Below, in pieces: positions 37,112-45,828 of a DNA stretch of 52,957 nt (position 1 is its first letter; each line of letters opens with the position of its first letter). The notes under the pieces are model-generated. The model was not told the DNA's origin and made no database searches. It saw only the letters and a list, made by a program, of their open reading frames with translations. Position numbers and translations under genes: made by a program. Origin of the DNA: an uncultured Lachnospiraceae bacterium. Its GTDB lineage: Bacteria > Bacillota > Clostridia > Oscillospirales > CAG-272. The DNA lies in NCBI GenBank assembly GCA_964623895.1, contig CAZUWA010000005.1:1-52957 (forward strand), written 5' to 3'.

Positions 37112-38458
37112 TTATTCACCGGCAATCGGCATAGTGGGAATAAAGACGTCTGGACAGCGGATCTTAGTATATCCCGGAATATCGTTTTCGATTTCTTCCC
37201 CGATCGCCCCGATCTCCTTCAAAAGTTCAAAGAAATTACCGGAAACAGTAAAGGACTTGATCGGTTTTCCCTTCTTACCGTTCTCAATGAGGAAGCCCTC
37301 GCTTTCAATGGAGAAATCTCCCGTAACGCTGTTGGCACCTGCATGGAAGCCCTTCATTGCGGTTACAAAAATACCGCCGTTTGCCATTTTAAACAATTCT
37401 TCTCTTGTCTTATCGCCCGGTTTGATATAGAGATTGTAAAATTTCGTTCCGATCGCCGCACCGCCTCTTGAACCATTGCCGGTAGAAGCTTTTCCTGCAA
37501 CTGCTGCCGTTTCAAGATTATATAAAAGCGTGTTTAGAACACCATTTTCGATCACCGCTTTGGTGTAGGTCGGAGTCCCTTCGCCATCAAATGAGATCTG
37601 CATGCTGTTTTTCGGATAAAATGGATCATCAATCAGCGTCAGCCTTTCATTGGCAATCTGATGTCCCTCCTTATCTTTCAAAAGAGAAGTACCGTTTTGC
37701 ACCTCTTTGGCATAGAAGGAGGAGACAAATGCACCTAAGATCTGTTCAAATTGCCGTCCCTCAAACACAACAGGATAATTTCCGCTCTTCACAAATCCCG
37801 CGCCAAAGGTCTCGCTTGCTTTTTCGTTGGCAGTAGCAACCATTTCGTCAATATTCAATTCTTCCGGCATTCCGCAACCCATCTTATATCCGCTTCGCTT
37901 CTCATCCCCACGAGACAGCACGCTGACGGCGTAGCCGCCACTACTTCCAGCAAAGTTGGAAAGTCGCAGACCCTCGCTTGAGTAGAGGTATATCTCGTTC
38001 GTTCCTGCATAAGCCACACCGGAGGTACCATCGGAAATTTCGGGAGACGAGGCATACAAAGCATTGCGTAGTTTCATCGCAACCTCCTTAATCGCCGCTG
38101 CGGAGGGCATATCAAATGACGATATCGGCAATTCTTCATAGCTCTGTCCGCCTTTGCAGAAATAGACTTTGTCCTCTTTTTCAATAAGCTTTGCATTTTC
38201 CACAGCATTCTCGATCAGTTTTGCCGCTTCTTCCGGTGTTGCCAATGTGCTGGTAGCACCTCCCGCCTTCCCATTCACCGTCAAGCGAACGATCATCAGT
38301 CCGTCCGTTCCGACTGAAAAATCCGAAAGTTCGTCTCTAAAGGTCTCGGCAGAAATATCCTCCGAACCGGAATAATATAATTCATACTGTTCCGCACCCA
38401 ATTCTTTTGCTTTTTTCTCGGCAGAAGCGAACAGTTCTTCAAAATATGCTCTTGTCAT
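37112..38458 (-). CDS. TldE/PmbA family protein
   Basis: FDGEG, ASTGNG, HAGANSVTGDFS; lacks HExxH; follows tldD. Confidence 0.9.
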   Translation of the reverse strand: MTRAYFEELFASAEKKAKELGAEQYELYYSGSEDISAETFRDELSDFSVGTDGLMIVRLTVNGKAGGATSTLATPEEAAKLIENAVENAKLIEKEDKVYFCKGGQSYEELPISSFDMPSAAAIKEVAMKLRNALYASSPEISDGTSGVAYAGTNEIYLYSSEGLRLSNFAGSSGGYAVSVLSRGDEKRSGYKMGCGMPEELNIDEMVATANEKASETFGAGFVKSGNYPVVFEGRQFEQILGAFVSSFYAKEVQNGTSLLKDKEGHQIANERLTLIDDPFYPKNSMQISFDGEGTPTYTKAVIENGVLNTLLYNLETAAVAGKASTGNGSRGGAAIGTKFYNLYIKPGDKTREELFKMANGGIFVTAMKGFHAGANSVTGDFSIESEGFLIENGKKGKPIKSFTVSGNFFELLKEIGAIGEEIENDIPGYTKIRCPDVFIPTMPIAGE

Positions 38459-38468
38459 CACACACCTC

Positions 38469-39869
38469 TCAATTTCTGCCGCCGACCGTGATAGAAGAAA
38501 TGCGAATGAGCGGCTGACCAACCTCATTCGGGATCGAGCCGCTTGCCGAACCGCACATGCCCTGACCCATATCACAGTTTTGTCCGACCATATCGATGTT
38601 CATCAGCACTTCCGAGCCGGTACCGATCAGCGAAGCGCCCTTGACACATTCGGCGATCTTCCCATTTTTCACCAGATATCCTTCTTCCACACCAAAATTA
38701 AACGCGCCGGTGATCGGATTAACCGAACCGCCGCCCATTTTCGCGGCGTACAGTCCATTTTCAATAGAAGCAACGATCTCCTCATTTTTGTCCGGGCCGT
38801 TGGCAATATAGGTATTGCTCATTCTCGAAGTAGGTTGAAAAGTGTAATCCTGCCGTCGTGCAGAACCGGTCAACGCTATACCATTCATTCTGCGCGAGCC
38901 AAGGCGGTCGACCATATAGGAAGTCAAAATGCCATTCTTGATCAGAGTTATGGGAGCGGCGGGCGTGCCTTCATCGTCAATGTCATAACTGCCCCAATGT
39001 CCCGGCAAGGTGGGATCGTCGATCGCAGTCACCTTGCTGCCGGCAATCTGTTGCCCCAATTTTCCTGCCATTTGCGAAGTCCCTGTTGCCACAGAGGTCG
39101 CCTCAAGTGAATGCCCACAAGCCTCATGGAAAATCACACCGCCAAATCCGTTTTCAATGGCGACCGTCATTTTTCCCGCCGGGCAGAAGGAAGCGCCCAA
39201 CCGTGCGATCGCCACCCTTGTCGCTTCTTTTCCGACGTTTTCCGGAATCACTTCCCTGTCAAACATTTCAAGTCCCATTCGCCTTCCCGGACCGTCATAA
39301 CCAACTTCCGTGCTTCCCCGCTCCTCGGCGATCGAAGTGCAGAAAATTCTGGTACGCGGCTGACGGTCGAGAATGTAACAACCTTCTGTATTTGCGATCA
39401 AAATATTACGATCGGTGTTCGCAATGCTCGCTTTGACCTGCACCACACGCGCATCCGCATTCTTTGCAGCAAAATAGCAACGTTTCAAAATGTCCAACTT
39501 CTCGCGCTTGGAAACATCTATAGGATTTCTTTCGATCGGACAACAGGTCCTACCGATCTTTTTGTCGGTCAAAACAACGGAAATGCCAGCCGTACCCTGT
39601 CCGAGCGCTTCAGAGACCTGCCCTGCCAAGCGCATCAGTCCCGATTCGCTCAAATCGGTCGTGGTACCATACACCGATCTGGTACCACGCATAACGCGAA
39701 TACCCGCACCCGAAACCACCCGATCGGAAATCTCTTCCAAACGATTATTTACCATGTACAAAGAAGAGGCAGGAGAACGCTCCGCAAAAAGCTCGGCATA
39801 ATCCGCACCGGTTGCAGATGCTTTTAAAAGCACTGCCGCAGATAATTCTTTTGAAATCATCTTCATCAC
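38469..39869 (-). CDS. tldD: TldD metalloprotease
   Basis: FHEACGHSLE zinc motif, DDEG, PTSRMSNTY, GGGSVN, GMCGS. Confidence 0.92.
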   Translation of the reverse strand: MMKMISKELSAAVLLKASATGADYAELFAERSPASSLYMVNNRLEEISDRVVSGAGIRVMRGTRSVYGTTTDLSESGLMRLAGQVSEALGQGTAGISVVLTDKKIGRTCCPIERNPIDVSKREKLDILKRCYFAAKNADARVVQVKASIANTDRNILIANTEGCYILDRQPRTRIFCTSIAEERGSTEVGYDGPGRRMGLEMFDREVIPENVGKEATRVAIARLGASFCPAGKMTVAIENGFGGVIFHEACGHSLEATSVATGTSQMAGKLGQQIAGSKVTAIDDPTLPGHWGSYDIDDEGTPAAPITLIKNGILTSYMVDRLGSRRMNGIALTGSARRQDYTFQPTSRMSNTYIANGPDKNEEIVASIENGLYAAKMGGGSVNPITGAFNFGVEEGYLVKNGKIAECVKGASLIGTGSEVLMNIDMVGQNCDMGQGMCGSASGSIPNEVGQPLIRISSITVGGRN

Positions 39870-39914
39870 GCATCCTTACTTAGTTTATTTTAATTGATCG
39901 ATCTACCTTCAGCA

Positions 39915-40688
39915 TCAGCCTTTCATCGTCGAAATACAATATATTTTTTTCTCTGCCACCGTCAGTACAAAGGTATCGTCCGTAGTGCCGTCTAGCAATG
40001 CACGCTTATAAACAGCGCTGTCTTTATCGATCTGCATCAGGATCTGTTCGTCGAACCGATCTGATGCATACTCTTGCCAAACCTCTTCGGAAAAAATGCC
40101 GACACTCAACACTTGGAAGGATGTTTGGCTGTAATAGACCTCGATATCCGCTTCAATAAAACCTTCGGGTTGCTCATTCAATTTTGAGAAAGTCAGAATA
40201 CAACCTTCCGAATAATTATCTCTGTTATCATGATCGATCAGTCCCAGTTCATCCAGTTCCTCTTTACTGTTGAAGCGATACGCTTTTCCACGCAAAGTCA
40301 AATAATCCGTCATCATCTCTTTGACCGCTTCACGATCCTCTTCCGGAACATTGGACAAATCAACGCAAACAGTATCTCCTTGAAACTGATAGCCATCGTA
40401 TCCATCGTAAACTGCACCTCTATCGGCGAACATGATCATTCTGTAGTATTCCCAAACATTGTCGGAATAATCAGGCGTCTGTGCGCTGCCACCCCACGGT
40501 TCACTCTTATAGAGTTCCATCATATTGTCAGTCAGATCAAGAAGATCCTTTCGCTTGTTTTCGGTCACCATACTTGCGATTACCCCTGCAACGATCGCCA
40601 GAACGACCGCCGCCGCAAAAACGATCGCAAAGACCTTAAATCCCCTCTTGACTTTTTCATCTTTACTCAAATACTGTTTTCTCTTCAT
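39915..40688 (-). CDS. hypothetical membrane-anchored extracellular protein
   Basis: Basic N-terminus, single TM helix, acidic ectodomain. Confidence 0.7.
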   Translation of the reverse strand: MKRKQYLSKDEKVKRGFKVFAIVFAAAVVLAIVAGVIASMVTENKRKDLLDLTDNMMELYKSEPWGGSAQTPDYSDNVWEYYRMIMFADRGAVYDGYDGYQFQGDTVCVDLSNVPEEDREAVKEMMTDYLTLRGKAYRFNSKEELDELGLIDHDNRDNYSEGCILTFSKLNEQPEGFIEADIEVYYSQTSFQVLSVGIFSEEVWQEYASDRFDEQILMQIDKDSAVYKRALLDGTTDDTFVLTVAEKKIYCISTMKG

Positions 40689-40732
40689 CTTGGATCACTA
40701 CCGCTCCGCTATCTTGATTATCCTTTTCGATT

Positions 40733-42223
40733 TCACCAGTCGATCTTTTTGGAATGCGCATCATTGTCATACACCGTTTTGGGATCAAACAATCCGTAGG
40801 AAGCGAATGTATTTGATTTGTTGACACTTCCACCGGCATAATCATACAAATCCCTGCCTGAGAGAGTAATACGCTCCGCGTAGACATTTCCCTGATCAGG
40901 GAAATTACGATCCCACGCCGCCGACATGACCGACGTTCCGCAGAAGACCGCGTGACCGCTTGCAGTCAGCGCCTTAGCTTGAGCACTATTTTGTTTTGGG
41001 AATGCCCCTAAAGGATAGATATAAATATGTGTTCTGCCCACGATCGGATAGACCTCTTCATTCCATTTTGCAAAATCTTCCTCGATACGTTCAACCGTTG
41101 CTGTGCACATGTCCTCGTGATAATAGCTGTGGCATGCAAACGCATAACCATTTGCGGCAAACCATTCCGCCACTTTTTTTGCCTCGGCAAGATTATTTTC
41201 GTAGTCCGTCACACCGATGCGCGTGTCCCATCCGAACACGCCCCAACGTCCTGATGGACAGACCGTGCATTTTGCACCGGAAAAAGAGAAATCGGGGTAT
41301 TCCTTTATAAACTTTTCAAGGATTGGGAAGATGTCTCCGTCTTCGACATAACTGATCTCTCCGTTCTTTTCGCGCACAAAGGTCTTCAGTTCCCCATTCA
41401 CTACCTGTAATCCACTGACCCGCGCCGCACTGTACGCGTCGATCGGATATGCTACATTGTCGACCGAAAGCACCAACGGCTTTTTTCCTGCCGGCACTTT
41501 GATGGTGTTTTTATACTTGGCATGCAATACGCCGTCCACATAACTGTACTCATACAGATAGTCAATATCGATCAGTACAAAATCGTTTTCATACAATTGG
41601 CGCAAAATCTCTTTAAATTCCTTGACAGTCACACATTCTTTATAGAAATGTTCCGTCGGGTCTTCAAAGGCAACCAAATCGTGCGTAAAGATATGTTTTA
41701 CATTTTTTGCCGGAAAATCAACATATTCCGTTTCCTCTTCAAAAACCGGCTGATACACCGGCAGTTTGGTCTCCGCATCATAGCGACTGTCCGTGGGGTA
41801 GGTAGTCTTTTGAAGAACTTTGACCGTACACTCTGCCGTTTTCCCACCATCCTCCGTCAAGAAAGTCACAGTCACATTACCGCTTTTTAACCCGGTAAAC
41901 ACACCGTTTTCATAGGACAGGATCTTAGGATCCGAAATCGTCACACCATAGTTTTTATTATCCGCATTTTCAGGCAAAACGGTGACCGCAATGGTAAAGC
42001 AATCCCCGATATAGATGTTTTTTTCACTACATTCTAAAAAAACACTTGCAACATACACCGTTTCTGTTGTCGGCGTTTCGGTAACCGGCAGCGAGACGTC
42101 GGAAGGCGGCAACACGGAAGAACTGCCGTCCGTAGAAAGAGACGGTCCTCCGGTACATCCCACAAAGAAAAGAAGCACCGACATCAAGACGAGCAACAAC
42201 ACTGTTTTCATAACATATTTCAT
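40733..42223 (-). CDS. lipoprotein with Ig-like (Big_2) and polysaccharide deacetylase (CE4/NodB-like) domains
   Basis: Lipobox FVGC; PENADNK...TEDGGKTAEC Big_2; KKPLVLSVDN, FACHSYYH, IYPLG. Confidence 0.8.
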   Translation of the reverse strand: MKYVMKTVLLLVLMSVLLFFVGCTGGPSLSTDGSSSVLPPSDVSLPVTETPTTETVYVASVFLECSEKNIYIGDCFTIAVTVLPENADNKNYGVTISDPKILSYENGVFTGLKSGNVTVTFLTEDGGKTAECTVKVLQKTTYPTDSRYDAETKLPVYQPVFEEETEYVDFPAKNVKHIFTHDLVAFEDPTEHFYKECVTVKEFKEILRQLYENDFVLIDIDYLYEYSYVDGVLHAKYKNTIKVPAGKKPLVLSVDNVAYPIDAYSAARVSGLQVVNGELKTFVREKNGEISYVEDGDIFPILEKFIKEYPDFSFSGAKCTVCPSGRWGVFGWDTRIGVTDYENNLAEAKKVAEWFAANGYAFACHSYYHEDMCTATVERIEEDFAKWNEEVYPIVGRTHIYIYPLGAFPKQNSAQAKALTASGHAVFCGTSVMSAAWDRNFPDQGNVYAERITLSGRDLYDYAGGSVNKSNTFASYGLFDPKTVYDNDAHSKKIDW

Positions 42224-42258
42224 TTTTATTCCTCACATCTGCAAACAAACTAAATTAT

Positions 42259-43029
42259 TCATGCTTTCAAAAACTCTTTCACAGCAACGGTACAAAGCGT
42301 CTCTCTGCCGATTTTTTCTTTTGTAATAATTTCCTGCTCTTCCAACAGTTTAAGCGCCGCCCAAAGCCTTCTTCCTTTTAAACCTGTCAAAGCTGAAAAA
42401 TCCTGCGTAAGAAATCTCTCCGGACAATTTTCCGGCAACAGCGCCCCCAGATCATATCCACAGGAAATTTCAATCAGATCCACCGCTTGGGTTGGAATGC
42501 GTTCCACACGGCACGTTCTCATTCTCCCCCTGCGCATGCCCTCTTTGATCTTGTATTCCTCTCCGTCATAAAGAAACAGCAGAATGACAAAATTGGGCAG
42601 ATTGATAAATTCGGAAATATAGAATAGTTCCGGCAGAAGATCGCTGCCCTTTCCCTTTTTTGGACTTTTGCGGCCACCCGAGAGTTCCGCCGTCAGGGGA
42701 TCAATCCAAAAGAGCGTCCGCCTACGCATCAACGGACAAACGACTGTGATATCCTTTCCATATGAAAACAGCCTTGAAATTTTCTTCTTCAAAGGGTAAC
42801 AGCCTCCGGTCTGGATCTCCACGATACCGCTTTTCCCATAAATATCCACGATACTTCCATGGAATTTCTGCTCCTGAAGATCTCCTTCGTCAGTAAAATA
42901 ATTCTTGAGCGTCGCGTGAAGCATTTTTTCGGAAAGCGTCCCGATCCCTTCTCTCTGCCGCTCTTTCGCCGCCGCAAGTGCCGCTTCAAAGCGTCCGTGA
43001 TCAAGACGCTTGTATTCTTCTCTGACCAT
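42259..43029 (-). CDS. conserved hypothetical protein with putative PD-(D/E)XK-like fold and C-terminal winged helix
   Basis: GIGTLSEKMLHATLK...E...VDI...VEIQT pattern. Confidence 0.6.
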   Translation of the reverse strand: MVREEYKRLDHGRFEAALAAAKERQREGIGTLSEKMLHATLKNYFTDEGDLQEQKFHGSIVDIYGKSGIVEIQTGGCYPLKKKISRLFSYGKDITVVCPLMRRRTLFWIDPLTAELSGGRKSPKKGKGSDLLPELFYISEFINLPNFVILLFLYDGEEYKIKEGMRRGRMRTCRVERIPTQAVDLIEISCGYDLGALLPENCPERFLTQDFSALTGLKGRRLWAALKLLEEQEIITKEKIGRETLCTVAVKEFLKA

Positions 43030-43067
43030 TTTCTTTCCCTAATAATATACCTAAACCTAACAACAAT

Positions 43068-43096
43068 ATAGTACCATTTTTCTTTTTGAATGTCAA
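43068..43096 (-). promoter_or_regulatory. sigma-A promoter
   Basis: TTGACA-17nt-TACTAT. Confidence 0.6.
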
Positions 43097-43148
43097 CGGA
43101 ATTTTGAAAAAATCACCAATAATTCAAGTATTATCGACAAATTCATCC

Positions 43149-43177
43149 TTGACAGAAAGAAAAGAATGTTATATAAT
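43149..43177 (+). promoter_or_regulatory. consensus sigma-A promoter of the flavoprotein-cmk-plsC-ispH/rpsA operon
   Basis: TTGACA-17nt-TATAAT. Confidence 0.8.
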
Positions 43178-43213
43178 GTAATCTGTATATGTCTGTGGAA
43201 AAGGAGCAAAAAA

Positions 43214-44446
43214 ATGGGAGTATTGATCGTCGGCGGCGGTGCTGCGGGACTGATGGCGGCTTGCCGACTGGCAGATCTTTCTGCCGAAGTAACGCTTTTC
43301 GAGCGCAATGATCGTCTCGGCAGAAAACTGGCGATCACCGGAAAAGGGCGGTGTAACCTTACCAACAATACCGACGTTCAAACTGTTCTTTCAAGCATCC
43401 CCACCAATCCTCGCTTTTTGTATAGTGCGCTGGACGGATGTTCTCCACAAGATGTAATGGAATATTTTGAAAATAAATTGGGTGTTCCGCTCAAAACAGA
43501 ACGCGGCAACCGCGTGTTTCCGCGGTCCGACCACGCATCCGACGTCGTTTCGGCTCTAAAAAGACATATTGAAGGCAAAGTGAAAATCGTCAATCATAAA
43601 GTCACGGCAATCAAAGCCGAAAACGGTGTCGTTACAGGCGTTTTTTGTGGGGAAAGATTCTACCCCGGAGAAAAAATCCTTCTTGCGACCGGCGGCGCAT
43701 CCTATACCGCGACCGGTTCTGACGGATTTGGCTATAAATTGGCAAGCGCGCTCGGACACGAGATCGTAGAACCTACCCCGTCCCTTGTTCCGCTTGAGTG
43801 CGTTGGAAGTATTCCGCAAGCGCTCATGGGTCTTTCTTTAAAAAACACGGCAATCAAGGTTGAGGATACAGAAAAGCGGAAGATCATTTACGAGGATTTC
43901 GGAGAAATGCTCTTTACTCACTTCGGACTGTCAGGACCGATGATCCTCTCCGCCTCAGCACATATGAAAAAAATGCGACCGAGCAAATATAAGATCCACA
44001 TCGACCTAAAACCGGCGCTTGATCCCACGGTGTTAGATAAACGGTTGCTCTCCGATTTTGCGGAGAACATCAACCGCGATTTTTCAAATGCTCTTTCCGG
44101 GCTTCTGCCGTCGAAAATGATCCCCGTGATCCTTTCCCTTTCCGGCATTGAGCCACACAGAAAGGTCAACAGCATCACAAAAGAGGAACGAGCGCACCTG
44201 ACTTGCCTTTTAAAGGATCTTACCCTCACTGTCCGCGGCTTTCGCCCGATCAACGAGGCGATCATCACCTCAGGCGGCGTCAATGTTAAGGAGATCAACC
44301 CAAAAACCATGGAAAGCAAGTTGATATCCGGTCTGTATTTCTCCGGAGAGATCATTGATGTCGATGGATATACCGGCGGTTTCAACCTGCAAATTGCCTT
44401 TGCCACTGCAACTTTGGCAGCAAGAAGGATGGCTCAGACGGAATGA
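43214..44446 (+). CDS. HI0933/BaiN-family NAD(P)/FAD-dependent oxidoreductase
   Basis: GGGAAG, KLAITGKGRCNLTN, ATGG.SY..TGSDG, GEMLFTHFGLSGP, GYTGGFNLQ. Confidence 0.93.
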   Translation: MGVLIVGGGAAGLMAACRLADLSAEVTLFERNDRLGRKLAITGKGRCNLTNNTDVQTVLSSIPTNPRFLYSALDGCSPQDVMEYFENKLGVPLKTERGNRVFPRSDHASDVVSALKRHIEGKVKIVNHKVTAIKAENGVVTGVFCGERFYPGEKILLATGGASYTATGSDGFGYKLASALGHEIVEPTPSLVPLECVGSIPQALMGLSLKNTAIKVEDTEKRKIIYEDFGEMLFTHFGLSGPMILSASAHMKKMRPSKYKIHIDLKPALDPTVLDKRLLSDFAENINRDFSNALSGLLPSKMIPVILSLSGIEPHRKVNSITKEERAHLTCLLKDLTLTVRGFRPINEAIITSGGVNVKEINPKTMESKLISGLYFSGEIIDVDGYTGGFNLQIAFATATLAARRMAQTE

Positions 44447-44506
44447 TTTTCATTTTTCGCTCATCCCAAACCAAATAAGATAAGAGATAACAAGGAGACA
44501 AACATT

Positions 44507-45178
44507 ATGAACATTGCTATTGACGGTCCTTCCGGTGCAGGAAAAAGCAGTCTTGCCAAAGCTATCGCGAAGCATTATGGGATGATCTATGTTGACACCG
44601 GCGCGCTCTATCGGAGCATCGGGCTGTATGCCTGCCGTTGCGGTATCGCCGTAGAAGAGATCGAAAAGATCATCGCGCATCTTCCCGAAATCAATCTTTC
44701 CCTTGGCTATGTAGAGGGGGAACAGCACGTTTACCTGAACGATGAGGATGTTTCAAACCTCATTCGTACAGCCGAGATCGCAATGTATGCCTCCGCTGTC
44801 TCCGCCATTCCCGATGTGCGCGCCTTTTTGCTAGACACACAGCGCGATATGGCAAAAAAATACTCTGTCATCATGGATGGCAGAGATATCGGCACGGTCA
44901 TTCTTCCGAATGCCGATGTCAAGATCTTTCTTTCCGCCGATAGCAAAGATCGCGCCATACGCCGCACTGCCGAACTTTTGGAGAAGGGACAGAACGCCAA
45001 CTATGAGCAGGTCTTAAAGGAATTGAACGAACGCGATGCCAACGACCGAAATCGTACTGTCGCGCCCGCCGTTCCCGCAGAAGACGCCATTCACTTGGAC
45101 AATTCCGGACTTGAAAGGGAAGAAACATTCGCAAAAGCCATCGAAATTATCGAAAATGTTTTAAAAACGAAACAATGA
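44507..45178 (+). CDS. cmk: cytidylate kinase
   Basis: IAIDGPSGAGKS, YVDTGALYR, MDGRDIGTV. Confidence 0.96.
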   Translation: MNIAIDGPSGAGKSSLAKAIAKHYGMIYVDTGALYRSIGLYACRCGIAVEEIEKIIAHLPEINLSLGYVEGEQHVYLNDEDVSNLIRTAEIAMYASAVSAIPDVRAFLLDTQRDMAKKYSVIMDGRDIGTVILPNADVKIFLSADSKDRAIRRTAELLEKGQNANYEQVLKELNERDANDRNRTVAPAVPAEDAIHLDNSGLEREETFAKAIEIIENVLKTKQ

Positions 45179-45786
45179 ATCTTTATTCTACAGTCTACAA
45201 AATACTTAAAGGCTTCATGTTGGATTTTCTCTACCCCACCGAGGTCGTGGGGGAGATCCCCAAATTGCCGGACGGACCGATCGTCCTGTGTGCCAACCAT
45301 CAAAGCGGGGCAGATGTCTTTTTTCTCATCGGATACACGCCCCGACAGATCACCTTCATGGCAAAGAAAGAATTGTTCGCGATCCCACTGTTGGGTGGAT
45401 TTTTGAAAGCGATGGGCGCATTCCCGGTTGATCGGGGAAACAGTGACATTGCCGCCATCAAAAAAGGGCTTTCCTCCCTTAAAAACGGAGAAGTTTTGGG
45501 CGTTTTTCCGCAAGGCACACGCTATTCCGGCATACATCCTGCGCAAACGAAAGATAAATTGCACAACGGCGCCGCCATGATGGCACTGCGCACAGGTGCA
45601 ACAATTCTTCCGGTTGCGATTGAATGTAAAAATTTCAAGGTCAAACCCTTTAAAAAACATAAGTTGCATTATGGCACACCATTCACATTCGAAGAGTGTA
45701 ATGCCATCTATCAAGAAAATAAGGATTACAGTGCGGTAACTGCGGCGGTGTTCGATCGAATTCTCGAAATGTTACCCAAGGAATGA
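45175..45786 (+). CDS. plsC: 1-acyl-sn-glycerol-3-phosphate acyltransferase
   Basis: NHQSGAD (HX4D), FMAKKELF, FPVDRG, FPQGTR. Confidence 0.9.
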   Translation: MNLYSTVYKILKGFMLDFLYPTEVVGEIPKLPDGPIVLCANHQSGADVFFLIGYTPRQITFMAKKELFAIPLLGGFLKAMGAFPVDRGNSDIAAIKKGLSSLKNGEVLGVFPQGTRYSGIHPAQTKDKLHNGAAMMALRTGATILPVAIECKNFKVKPFKKHKLHYGTPFTFEECNAIYQENKDYSAVTAAVFDRILEMLPKE

Positions 45787-45828
45787 TTCCCCACAAAACA
45801 CTTTTGAAAGGATCTCATAGAATACTAC

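Noticed and set aside
37112-39869. TldD/TldE as part of a RiPP or microcin cluster
   Set aside because: No precursor peptide, YcaO or transporter nearby; housekeeping context
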